Assembly: GCA_963682015.1 (NCBI GenBank)
Contig: OY820932.1
Span: 23,436 to 87,435, forward strand
Length of the DNA: 64,000 nt
Source of the DNA: Smithellaceae bacterium
Lineage (GTDB): Bacteria; Desulfobacterota; Syntrophia; Syntrophales; Smithellaceae
Direction: 5' to 3'
A program made the position numbers and the translations under genes. Below the pieces are notes generated by a model. It ran no database searches. It saw only the letters and a list, made by a program, of their open reading frames with translations, and was not told the origin of the DNA. This document shows, in pieces, positions 28,712 through 37,574 of this stretch (position 1 is the first letter of the stretch; each line of letters begins with the position of its first letter).

Positions 28712-30220
28712 TTATTCTTCAAAAAATGCCGCGCCGGGACTGGCTTGGGGGCTAATGAGAGATTTAAACAGGTTGATTCGATTGAGCTGGTTGGTTCCTT
28801 CATAAATCTGAAGCAGTTTGGCATCCCGCAGAACTTTTTCCGCGCCGCTGTCATGCCTGAGCCCCGCCCTTCCCATAAGCTCGAGGGCCATCTGACAGTT
28901 CCTGACTCCGAAATCCGTGCAGGAAAATTTGGCCATGGAAGCCAGGCCCGTGGTCAGATGCTGGTCTTCCGGTTTTTGCCAGTCGAGGTACCACTTGCTC
29001 ATGAACCAGTTCACCATGCGCGAGTTCAGCAGGGGCGTAACGAACATTTTGAAATACATCACCGGCAGATACTTCGAATAGTAGTAGATGGGTTTCATCT
29101 GGAGAAGATTGTAGGCCCCCCGGTGCTGATTGGCCAGGTTGGACTCCATATAGGCAAGTCTGCCGAGTCTGACGTTGGCATACATTTCAGCCAGTCTGCA
29201 TTGCACCCACTCATAGTCGACCATGGGTTTGCCGTCGATCTCGGTCTCATTGGCATATTTCAAGGCAATCTCAAAGGCTCCGCGCGCAGCGCCGATTCCG
29301 AATGAGCCGACCCCCGCCCGGGAAAGAGAAAAGACATAATCAATGTGACGCATGTTGATGTCGCGGGGAGACTGTTTCGTGAATGATTTTAGCAAGTCAG
29401 GGTTGAGTACCACCAGTTCGTCGGGAACAAAACAGTCCTCGAAAATGAGCACGCTGGCCGGGCAGGCCCTCTGTCCCATTTTATTCTCGTGTCTGCCGAA
29501 GGAAAATCCTTTCATGCCTGTCCTCACCATCAGAGCCACCTTGGTATCAGCGCCCCTTTTCAGGTCGCCATAGGCATAGACTGTATGCCACGTTGAAAGA
29601 TGCCCGTTGGAGATGAATACCTTGCTGCCATTGAGGATATAGCCGCCATCGACCTTCCTGGCATGACATACGAGCCTGCCTCTTGCTTCCAGATCCACCT
29701 CCTCAACATCGGTACCCGCCGCAGGCTCGGTGATAGCATAAGAAATGAGGCATGGATTGCCGGTCTCCTCGCCGGCAACAACATCGCCCAATACCTTCTT
29801 CATAATCCTTGTGTTGCCTAACATCATGACTGCCGCCATGCCAAGATAATGCACGCCAATCAAATTCGCAAAACCAAGGCAGACCGATCCGACCTCCTCA
29901 TTGAAAAATGACAGGGAAGGCATGTTGTACCCCTTGCCGCCAAACATCTTCGGTATCCACAAAGTGTAAAGGCCCCATTCATTCGCTTTCCGAACAACTT
30001 CCGCGGGAATGTAGTCCAGGTCTTCATGGGTTTTCCGGTCGAGATCTAGATACAGAGGCCGTACCACTTCTTCTTTGAACTTGCGTGCCAGAGCGACCAC
30101 CTCCTCGGTTTCCTTGATCATGGCCTTGGGCATCCGCGGCCCGTAATACATCGAAAGTGTATTGTCTTCGAACCGGGGAAACTGAGATATGAATGATTTT
30201 ACCTCTGATCTCTTCAACAT
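28712..30220 (-). CDS. Acyl-CoA dehydrogenase (putative catalytic alpha subunit) with a C-terminal-domain insertion
   Basis: YAITEPAAGTDV, FISNG, and RDAKLLQIYEGTNQLNR (catalytic Glu present). The start at 30220 (MLKRSEV) has an AAGGAG RBS 6 nt upstream; the ORF-track start is 30241. Confidence 0.85.
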   Translation of the reverse strand: MLKRSEVKSFISQFPRFEDNTLSMYYGPRMPKAMIKETEEVVALARKFKEEVVRPLYLDLDRKTHEDLDYIPAEVVRKANEWGLYTLWIPKMFGGKGYNMPSLSFFNEEVGSVCLGFANLIGVHYLGMAAVMMLGNTRIMKKVLGDVVAGEETGNPCLISYAITEPAAGTDVEEVDLEARGRLVCHARKVDGGYILNGSKVFISNGHLSTWHTVYAYGDLKRGADTKVALMVRTGMKGFSFGRHENKMGQRACPASVLIFEDCFVPDELVVLNPDLLKSFTKQSPRDINMRHIDYVFSLSRAGVGSFGIGAARGAFEIALKYANETEIDGKPMVDYEWVQCRLAEMYANVRLGRLAYMESNLANQHRGAYNLLQMKPIYYYSKYLPVMYFKMFVTPLLNSRMVNWFMSKWYLDWQKPEDQHLTTGLASMAKFSCTDFGVRNCQMALELMGRAGLRHDSGAEKVLRDAKLLQIYEGTNQLNRINLFKSLISPQASPGAAFFEE

Positions 30221-30323
30221 AGGTTCTCCTTTCCCAATCATCGTATTTTCTTTAAATTTGTCTGGCTCATTGAAAAAGGGTCCGGTTGACCGTCATGGAC
30301 CACCGGGCGCCGATTATCTCCTG

Positions 30324-31928
30324 TTATCCAAGAGAAATGATATTAGGCGCATTGGGCCGGAATTCCTCCCGCAGGAGTCTGTCCAGGTTCTTCTCCGACG
30401 CGGTTTTGGGAATCTCGGACACGATCTGAAGATAGGAAGGAATTGAATTTTTCTCCAAGATCTTCCCCAGTTCCACGGATATTCTCTTTGCATCAATGGC
30501 CCCGTTTCCATTGGCGGGTACAATGGCCGCCACAATGTCACTCTCTCCGGGTGCGCCGGTGCTGGCAGGAATGCCATAGACACAGACATCGTTCACTTCG
30601 GGAAGATCGGCCAGGGCCTTCTCGACATATTCGGGTAAAATGAAATCGCCGTGACGGCGAAGCCCGCCGCCTTTGCGGAAATCAAAATACAACCAGCCGT
30701 TGGCATCCCGGTGGCACATATCGCCCGTGCGCAACCAGCCGCCGCGCGTCTTCGCCTCTGAGGCATCCTTTTTGCCATGGTATTCCACTTCCTCTTTTTT
30801 GGCGCCAACCATCCGGCAGATCAATTCTCCAATTTCACCCGGTTTGCACTCCGTGTCGTCTTGATGAACGACTTTCATCTCCATGATTCCTTCAATCGGT
30901 TTGCCGAATGATCCGAGGGGGCCGGTGCCGGGTTCATTGTGGGCAAATCCTCCCTCCACGGCGCCATACCATTCGTGAATCTTGACATTGAAGCGCTCTT
31001 CAAAATCTTTCCAGATCGGCAGAGGCGTGCCGGCGCTGAGCACCTTGCGGACCGGATTATCCCCGTCGCTTTCCTTTTTCTTTTCACTGTAGATACCCAT
31101 CATCATGCCGCCCAGGAGTGAAAAGCTGGTCACACCATACTTGCGGCAGATGTCCCACAAACGGCTCTTGGTAAATGAACGACTGACAACAGCAGACATA
31201 CCGAGAAGAAGGGCCGGGCTCAAAGTCACAGACTGGGCGTTGCCGTGGGTCATGGAAAGTCCCGTGTACAGAACATCATCGTTGTTGTATTGCCAGATGA
31301 GCTGGGCAAGCAGTTTGAACATGGAAAGACGGTTGGACTTGACGACGACGCCCTTGGGATCCCCCGTGGTCCCTGAAGTGTAAATGATTTCGAACGGTGA
31401 TTGGGGATCGCGGTTGCGGTCAGCGGGAGGATCGATCTTCGGACCATCCAGGGTGGAGGCCAGATCCGGGTACTGATCACGGCGCGGCGTTTCGAAGCCG
31501 GGTTTGTACAATATCCCGATAACTTTCACATGGGGAAATTCCGCCAGAGTTTTTTCCACTTCTCCCGCATATTCGTTGCTGAAGATGATTCCTTTGGAAT
31601 TGGAATCCCGGACCTGATAGGTCAGCTTGTTTCCTTTCGACCGGGGATCGATGGGAACAATGACAGCGCCAATCAGCGAAGCTGCCATCATGCAATAAAC
31701 GAATTCCGGATGATTCTTCATCACGACACTGAACCGGTCGCCGTTGCCGATGCCTGCCTTCCGGAGGGCGGATGCCAGCTTGCACCCTTTCAGAAAGATG
31801 TCCGCATAGGTAACTGTTTCATCGGGCCAATCACCATTTTCAAATGTCAACACCTTGAAATCCGGTTTCTCTTCATATTTTGCCTCTATCTCATAGGAAA
31901 ATAATCCCTGTACCATTTCTCCCTGCAT
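30324..31928 (-). CDS. AMP-forming acyl-CoA synthetase/ligase
   Basis: AMP-binding motif IIYTSGTTGDPKGV, plus YGAVEGG, WLRTGD and a C-terminal lysine region (IPKTASEK). The ATG at 31928 has a GGAGG RBS; the ATG at 31940 is an alternative. Confidence 0.88.
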   Translation of the reverse strand: MQGEMVQGLFSYEIEAKYEEKPDFKVLTFENGDWPDETVTYADIFLKGCKLASALRKAGIGNGDRFSVVMKNHPEFVYCMMAASLIGAVIVPIDPRSKGNKLTYQVRDSNSKGIIFSNEYAGEVEKTLAEFPHVKVIGILYKPGFETPRRDQYPDLASTLDGPKIDPPADRNRDPQSPFEIIYTSGTTGDPKGVVVKSNRLSMFKLLAQLIWQYNNDDVLYTGLSMTHGNAQSVTLSPALLLGMSAVVSRSFTKSRLWDICRKYGVTSFSLLGGMMMGIYSEKKKESDGDNPVRKVLSAGTPLPIWKDFEERFNVKIHEWYGAVEGGFAHNEPGTGPLGSFGKPIEGIMEMKVVHQDDTECKPGEIGELICRMVGAKKEEVEYHGKKDASEAKTRGGWLRTGDMCHRDANGWLYFDFRKGGGLRRHGDFILPEYVEKALADLPEVNDVCVYGIPASTGAPGESDIVAAIVPANGNGAIDAKRISVELGKILEKNSIPSYLQIVSEIPKTASEKNLDRLLREEFRPNAPNIISLG

Positions 31929-32010
31929 GCTAGCCTCCATTTAGTACGCTTAAATACTCGTTTGATATTCCGTTTTTACATCAATCGAAGTAAAGGTTTT
32001 TCAATTCATA

Positions 32011-33252
32011 TTATTTTACTTTTCCCAGGATGTGGATGCCCATGGCCGCCTCTTCCACACCAATGTTGCCTCCACCGTTTTCCGCCAGTCCGATTCTGGC
32101 CCCTTCCACCTGCCGTTTTCCGGCATCGCCCCGGAGCTGCGTCACCAGTTCATGAATCTGGGAGAGGCCGGAAGCACCTATGGGGTGTCCCTTACACTCC
32201 AGGCCGCCACTTGTGTTGATGGGTTTTTTACCCCCAAGTTTTGTTGCCCCGGATTGGGCAAACGGTCCGCCTTCTCCCATGGGGCAAAATCCCATAGACT
32301 CTGTCTGATGGAGTTCACCCCAGGATGTCGCATCGTGCAGTTCGGCGAAGTCGATGTCTTCCGGACCAATGCCCGCCGCATCGTAAGCCTGCTTGGCCAG
32401 ACGTTCTCCGATATCCGGCGCGTTGATATCACGGTCCGTGCCGGTGCCGAGAATCGAGGCCATAATCCGGACCGGCCGTGCGTTTACCAGTTTTTTCAGA
32501 TATTTTTTCGAACAGATGATTGCTGCGGCAGCCCCGTCGCCGACTGGCGCGCACATCGAACGCGTCAACGGGTAGGCAACGGCCTTGTCCGCCAGAACCT
32601 CCTCCACAGTCATTGTATGCTGATACTGAGCCAGCGGATTTAGCGATCCATGAAAATGGTTCTTGGAGCAGATTACAGCCAGCTGATGCTGATTTGAGCC
32701 GAAACGGCTCATATGCCAGCGTGCACCCAGCGCATAAGCGTCCATGAAAATGCTTCGCCCTTCCCCCGGCGCCGACTGATCCTCCGGAAGCTTCACTGTG
32801 AAGGTTCTGCTCAGCTCCATGATATTGTTGATGTGCTTTTCAAAGTTGCCCACATCCATGCATGTGGCATAAGCTCCAAGGGAAAGGGACTTGTTCGGAT
32901 TTGTAATTTTTTCCGAACCCATGGCGAGGGCCACATCATACATTCCAGCCCTGATCCCCGTGCAGGCCATATGCAGCGCTGTTGATCCACCCGCGCAGGC
33001 ATTTTCCACATTAGTGATGGGGATTCTTCCAACTCCCATATTCCGCATAACCACCTCGCCGCGGATGGAATGCTGATTATCGAACATTCCCCAGAAGGTA
33101 TTGGCAAAGAATACCGCTTCCATGTCTTCCTTCGCCAGTCCCGCGTCTTCCAAAGCCAGTTCAATGGCTTCGTGCGCCATGGTTTGCACCGTCTTATCGG
33201 GATATTTTCCAAACCGGATCATCCCGACACCGATAATGTAAATGTTTTCCAT
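32011..33252 (-). CDS. SCP-x / nonspecific-lipid-transfer-type thiolase
   Basis: MENIYIIGVGMIRFGK..., active-site NACAGGSTAL, and a C-terminal GGLECKGHPIGASG...ENGGG pattern typical of SCP2-type thiolases. AGGAGA RBS. Confidence 0.85.
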   Translation of the reverse strand: MENIYIIGVGMIRFGKYPDKTVQTMAHEAIELALEDAGLAKEDMEAVFFANTFWGMFDNQHSIRGEVVMRNMGVGRIPITNVENACAGGSTALHMACTGIRAGMYDVALAMGSEKITNPNKSLSLGAYATCMDVGNFEKHINNIMELSRTFTVKLPEDQSAPGEGRSIFMDAYALGARWHMSRFGSNQHQLAVICSKNHFHGSLNPLAQYQHTMTVEEVLADKAVAYPLTRSMCAPVGDGAAAAIICSKKYLKKLVNARPVRIMASILGTGTDRDINAPDIGERLAKQAYDAAGIGPEDIDFAELHDATSWGELHQTESMGFCPMGEGGPFAQSGATKLGGKKPINTSGGLECKGHPIGASGLSQIHELVTQLRGDAGKRQVEGARIGLAENGGGNIGVEEAAMGIHILGKVK

Positions 33253-33307
33253 CTTATCTATCCTTTCTCCTGTTTTTAAAAATCATGGATGCCCATGATG
33301 ATTTTAA

Positions 33308-35755
33308 TCATTTCACCCAGACGACCTTGGGAAACTCTCTCTCTACAACGCAATCCATTCTCACCGCCGGGTAGCCAACCGTGATGATCTCCGCCACGGT
33401 TGCATATGGCCAGACAACACCAAGACGTTCTTTGTATTTCTTCATCTTCGGATCCATATTCAGAACGGAAGTGGCAAATCCCACGTAGCAGGTGCCCAGC
33501 CCCAGAGAATGTGCTGCCAGAACAATGTTCTGTCCGCACACGCCGGTTCCAAAAGCCATATCGGATATGTATTGCTTGTGACCGAGAATGAGGATGGCCG
33601 TAGGGGCATTGAAAAAGACGCTTTGCGGCTCTTTCCCGTACTTGGGTGTCATCAGGGCCTGAATGGCCAGCATGGGCCTCTGGTCGATGGCTTCGGGCTT
33701 CATGATGGCCAACGTATTTTTCAACAAGGTGCGGGGAAGACTTTTGCCCTGGTAGAGTTTGGAAAAGGTGTGCAGGAACTTCCTTGTTCCATCGCTGATC
33801 TCATCCATCAAAGCCCGGTCTTGAAGCACGCTGAATTTCCATCCCTGGCAGTTTCCCGCCGAAGGGGCAAAACGTCCCGCCTCCAGAATCCGGTGGATCA
33901 TATCATCAGGAACCTGGTCCGGCTTATAGATTCGAGTGGATCTCCGCTGGTAGATCACCTTTTCCGTCTCGGTCAGTTGGGAGGCAATGGAACTGAATTC
34001 CGGCACCTCAGCAGCCCGGAGGGGATTGGGATACCCGCCTCCCGTTTTCCTGGGGTAATCGAATTCATAACGCCAGCGACCGTTTTCAACGGAGTAAAAA
34101 TGAGGGAAACGAAGGGCCTGATTCGGGCAGACCGCTTCACAATTGCGGCAGGCCAGACAGATTTTCCCGAAATAGGGCATGCCGACAAATGATGATTTTG
34201 AACTTCCGCAGCGAATGCACCGCCTGGCTTCCACAAGGACCTGATCGGCATGAATCGGCAGATGAACCTCCGTGTCCATATTCCTGAGGCGTTCGGCAAC
34301 GGACATCAGAGAACAGCTGTTGCGGGGAATTTTTTCGTATTCGTTAAAGGGCATGCCCTTGTATGAAATTTCGAGTTTCCTGCTGTCTTTGAATTGCCTG
34401 CTTTTGATATGGGCGACAATCGCGGCAGCCGCCCTGCGTCCGGCACCGATTGCCGCCGTCACCGTTGCCGGACCTGAGACGACATCTCCACCGGCAAAAA
34501 CGCCTTTCATCGTGGTCGCACAGCTTCCGCCGGCCTCGATGATTCCCTTTCCGTTGATCAGACTCTCAAATCCTTCCGCCACAATGACCTGGCCGATAGC
34601 CGATATCACCGCATCAGCGGCTACAGTGAATTCACTGCCGTCAACGGGAACGGGTTGCGCCCTTCCTGATTTGTCTTTTTCTCCCGGTTTCATTTTGATG
34701 CAGGTCATGGTGAGGGATGTTTGGTTTCTCTTGATTCCGACAGGGGCGCATAGACCCTGTATGGCGATGCCTTCCTCCTGCGCCTCGGCAATCTCCGATT
34801 CATGGGCTGGCATATCTTCCAGCGACCGTCGGTAAAAAATGGTCACATTGGACCCCAGACGTCTCAATGAACGGGCCGTATCAATGGCCGTGTTGCCGCC
34901 GCCGATGACAATGACCTTTTGTCCCGGAGCATCTTTACGCCCCTGCGCGACTTTCTTCAGAAATTCCAGGCCGGAGTGAATGAGGTCTTCCTTTTCTCCG
35001 TCGATCCCGAGCTTGCCCGTGTCCTGGCAGCCAATCGCTACATAGACCGCTTTGAAATCCTTTCGGAGCTCTTCAAGCGCCACGGACCTGCCAACTTCTA
35101 CATTGCATCGAATATCAACACCCAGGTCGGCGATTCTTTGGATTTCTTCATCCAGAACGGGTCTGGGTAGACGATAGGAAGGGATGGCATAGCGCAGCAT
35201 CCCGCCGGGCTGAGGCCGGGATTCAAATATGGTCACGGAATATCCCGCAAGCGACAGGTGATAGGCGCAGGACAAGCCCGAAGGTCCCGACCCGATGACC
35301 GCCACTTTGTTATCGGACAATGGATTCTTTCTTTGAAAACGAAGTTCCTTTTCTATGGCATAGTCCCCGATAAACCACTCGACGCCATGGATACCCAGAG
35401 ACTCGTCAACATTGCTCCGATTGCAGCCTGATTCGCAGGGATGCGGACAAACTCTTCCGGTGATGGCAGGCAGGGGATTGGCTTCCGTAATGACTTTCCA
35501 CGCATCTTCAAAAGACCCGCCATGGGTGAGGAGATGAAGGTAACGCCGGACATCGATCCCGGCAGGACATTGATGCTGGCAGGCCGGTTCCTGATATTTC
35601 GACGGTTCACGATCCACCATTCCGATCGTTTGAGCGGGGCATTGTTTGACGCACATGCCGCAGCCGATACACTTGTCCTCGTCCAGGATGATGTTCCAGG
35701 GAGCACCCTTCACAGGGGGATCACTGAGATTGCTCCATTTACTGTTTGCAGCCAT
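33308..35755 (-). CDS. Multi-domain Fe-S flavoprotein: ferredoxin-like + GltD/NfnB-like NAD(P)H:FAD oxidoreductase + ferredoxin-like + nitroreductase-family domain
   Basis: CIGCGMCVKQCP; CQHQCPAG and RVCPHPCESGC (GltD-type N-terminal clusters); VAVIGSGPSGLSCA (FAD); VIVIGGGNTAIDTA (NAD(P)H); GVFAGGDV; CIRCGS...CLACRNCEAVCP. The C-terminal ~230 aa has RRSTRIYK...APSAGNCQGWKF (nitroreductase fold). The start at 35755 has an AAGGAG RBS. Confidence 0.85.
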   Translation of the reverse strand: MAANSKWSNLSDPPVKGAPWNIILDEDKCIGCGMCVKQCPAQTIGMVDREPSKYQEPACQHQCPAGIDVRRYLHLLTHGGSFEDAWKVITEANPLPAITGRVCPHPCESGCNRSNVDESLGIHGVEWFIGDYAIEKELRFQRKNPLSDNKVAVIGSGPSGLSCAYHLSLAGYSVTIFESRPQPGGMLRYAIPSYRLPRPVLDEEIQRIADLGVDIRCNVEVGRSVALEELRKDFKAVYVAIGCQDTGKLGIDGEKEDLIHSGLEFLKKVAQGRKDAPGQKVIVIGGGNTAIDTARSLRRLGSNVTIFYRRSLEDMPAHESEIAEAQEEGIAIQGLCAPVGIKRNQTSLTMTCIKMKPGEKDKSGRAQPVPVDGSEFTVAADAVISAIGQVIVAEGFESLINGKGIIEAGGSCATTMKGVFAGGDVVSGPATVTAAIGAGRRAAAAIVAHIKSRQFKDSRKLEISYKGMPFNEYEKIPRNSCSLMSVAERLRNMDTEVHLPIHADQVLVEARRCIRCGSSKSSFVGMPYFGKICLACRNCEAVCPNQALRFPHFYSVENGRWRYEFDYPRKTGGGYPNPLRAAEVPEFSSIASQLTETEKVIYQRRSTRIYKPDQVPDDMIHRILEAGRFAPSAGNCQGWKFSVLQDRALMDEISDGTRKFLHTFSKLYQGKSLPRTLLKNTLAIMKPEAIDQRPMLAIQALMTPKYGKEPQSVFFNAPTAILILGHKQYISDMAFGTGVCGQNIVLAAHSLGLGTCYVGFATSVLNMDPKMKKYKERLGVVWPYATVAEIITVGYPAVRMDCVVEREFPKVVWVK

Positions 35756-36261
35756 ACGATCATGCTCCTTTCCAGCTAAAAAGATAAGCCATCCATCTCT
35801 GTTCACATGTTCATGTTGCCTCATTTTCTTGTGTATGCTTCAATATCAGGCGGGATGACTCAAAACAATATTGCCGGGGGGTCATTTCATTTGTGAGCTG
35901 CGGTCACAAAGGTGTCCGCTGTCTGGAGACCTCACTATTCCATGAAAGTTAAAATAAATTTTAGATGAATGATTAAATTGAGTTTCAAGGGTGATTTTCA
36001 GTGCGGAAAAATCATTGCCTGGCACCGGTCGATGGTCAAATTCATTGACCCGTGACCGCAAATCACAATATATATGGCCTTAAATCATATTCTCTATTAC
36101 AGGAATAAATTGTATAGTAAAATGAATTCAGCAGCACGTTGCTTTATGGATGGAAAAGTTTTTAATATAGAGGCCGCATTTTAGATGAAGTAGACTCGAC
36201 AATTCTTTGTTCAAGGACTCCTGGATTGTAGAAACGGTGAACACCATAAGGATGATTGCTT

Positions 36262-37311
36262 ATGAAACAGTCTGAAGACCTCAGCAGGATTCATCTTAAA
36301 TCAACGGATCGTTTGCAACTTAAGCGTTCCATCTACAGCGTGAGAATACTGGTCGATTATGCAAAGAAGTTCAACATTCCGGCTGAGGTCCTGTTGTATG
36401 GCAGCACGATCAAACCCGGCGATCTCGCTGATCCTGAGATGTTTATCACCCCTGAAGAAGAACTGAAGATCTTCAGGAGATCGATCCTGCTGATCCCTGA
36501 CTCGAAACTCGGTTTGGAAATAGGCAGGCTGCACAATGCCAGCGCCATGAGCCGGGTTGCCATACCGGCCATGTTTTGTGAAACGGCCCTTGATGCATTC
36601 CGTATCATGTTCAAGTATATTGATCTCACACAGACTTATTGTCAATACGATCTTATTGTCAAAGACGATCTTGCCATCCTGAGCTGCAAGGAACTGATCG
36701 TGTTCGGAGATCTGAGGCGCTTTCTATGCGAGCGTGATTTGGCGTCAAACTATATTTTAAGCCGTACTGCACTGGGCGGTCCTTTTATTCTGAAAGGAAT
36801 AACGCTGACGTATCCACGGCCTGAATACACCAGGGCATATCAGGATATGTTCAATTGCCCCATCACCTTCAATACGGACAAGTTTCAGGTTTTTTTCGAC
36901 AAAAACTATTTAAACGCCCGTCTGCCTCTGGCCAATGCCCTGACCAGGGATATCTATGAAAAAGAGTGTAAACGTGCCTATGCACGCCTGCATGAAAAAA
37001 AGTCCACATTGGACAAGATACAGGAGGAACTGTTGTTTCCTCAGGCTGAGTCCCCTTGTTTCGATCAACTGGCCCGCCGGATGAACATGTCAGCGCGGAC
37101 ACTGAGGCGCCACCTGTCCGCCGAGGGCATATCCTACAAAAATCTATCAAATGAGATTCGGAAAAAAAAGGCTCTCGAACTGCTTACTTCAACGAGTCTG
37201 TCCATAGAAAAAATTGCAACTGAACTCGGATATCAAAATGTGGCGAATTTCTATCATGCCTTTAAACTCTGGACGGGCGCAACGCCCAGCAGCTATCGGA
37301 AGACCAAGTGA
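36262..37311 (+). CDS. AraC-family transcriptional regulator (N-terminal AraC-binding-like domain plus C-terminal dual HTH)
   Basis: The C-terminus LARRMNMSARTLRRHL...IATELGYQNVANFYHAFKLWTGATPSSYR is the AraC/XylS HTH_18 signature. Divergent from the acyl-CoA operon. ATG at 36262 with an AAGGA RBS. Confidence 0.9.
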   Translation: MKQSEDLSRIHLKSTDRLQLKRSIYSVRILVDYAKKFNIPAEVLLYGSTIKPGDLADPEMFITPEEELKIFRRSILLIPDSKLGLEIGRLHNASAMSRVAIPAMFCETALDAFRIMFKYIDLTQTYCQYDLIVKDDLAILSCKELIVFGDLRRFLCERDLASNYILSRTALGGPFILKGITLTYPRPEYTRAYQDMFNCPITFNTDKFQVFFDKNYLNARLPLANALTRDIYEKECKRAYARLHEKKSTLDKIQEELLFPQAESPCFDQLARRMNMSARTLRRHLSAEGISYKNLSNEIRKKKALELLTSTSLSIEKIATELGYQNVANFYHAFKLWTGATPSSYRKTK

Positions 37312-37574
37312 CCCTGTCTTGACTTTGAACAACCTATGCAAGCGCTTGATTACTGCATGCTTGAAAAGCGATTGTTATCAAAATCATTCAGCCATCAAAA
37401 TCGGATAAAGAAAATGAAATAGCCAGTGCGATCTCCTGCCCTCCATGGATCGGACGTGATTATTTTCACACCGCTCAACGGTCTGACCTCTTGCGCAAGG
37501 ACCGGAATCGTGAATTTTGCAGCCGCGGCGGCTGGAATGAGCCGCCAAACCGGCCTTATCTTTGGGGTTGAAGT

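Noticed and set aside
35890-35910. Reading TGTGA...TCACA as a CRP/FNR-family box
   Set aside because: The half-sites match CRP, but the spacer is 7 nt rather than 6. I keep it only as an unassigned palindrome (see findings), not as a CRP site.
36020-36035. A sigma-54 promoter suggested by TGGCAC
   Set aside because: The -12 element is missing: GATGG appears where TTGCW is expected after 5 nt. I found no convincing match on the opposite strand either.
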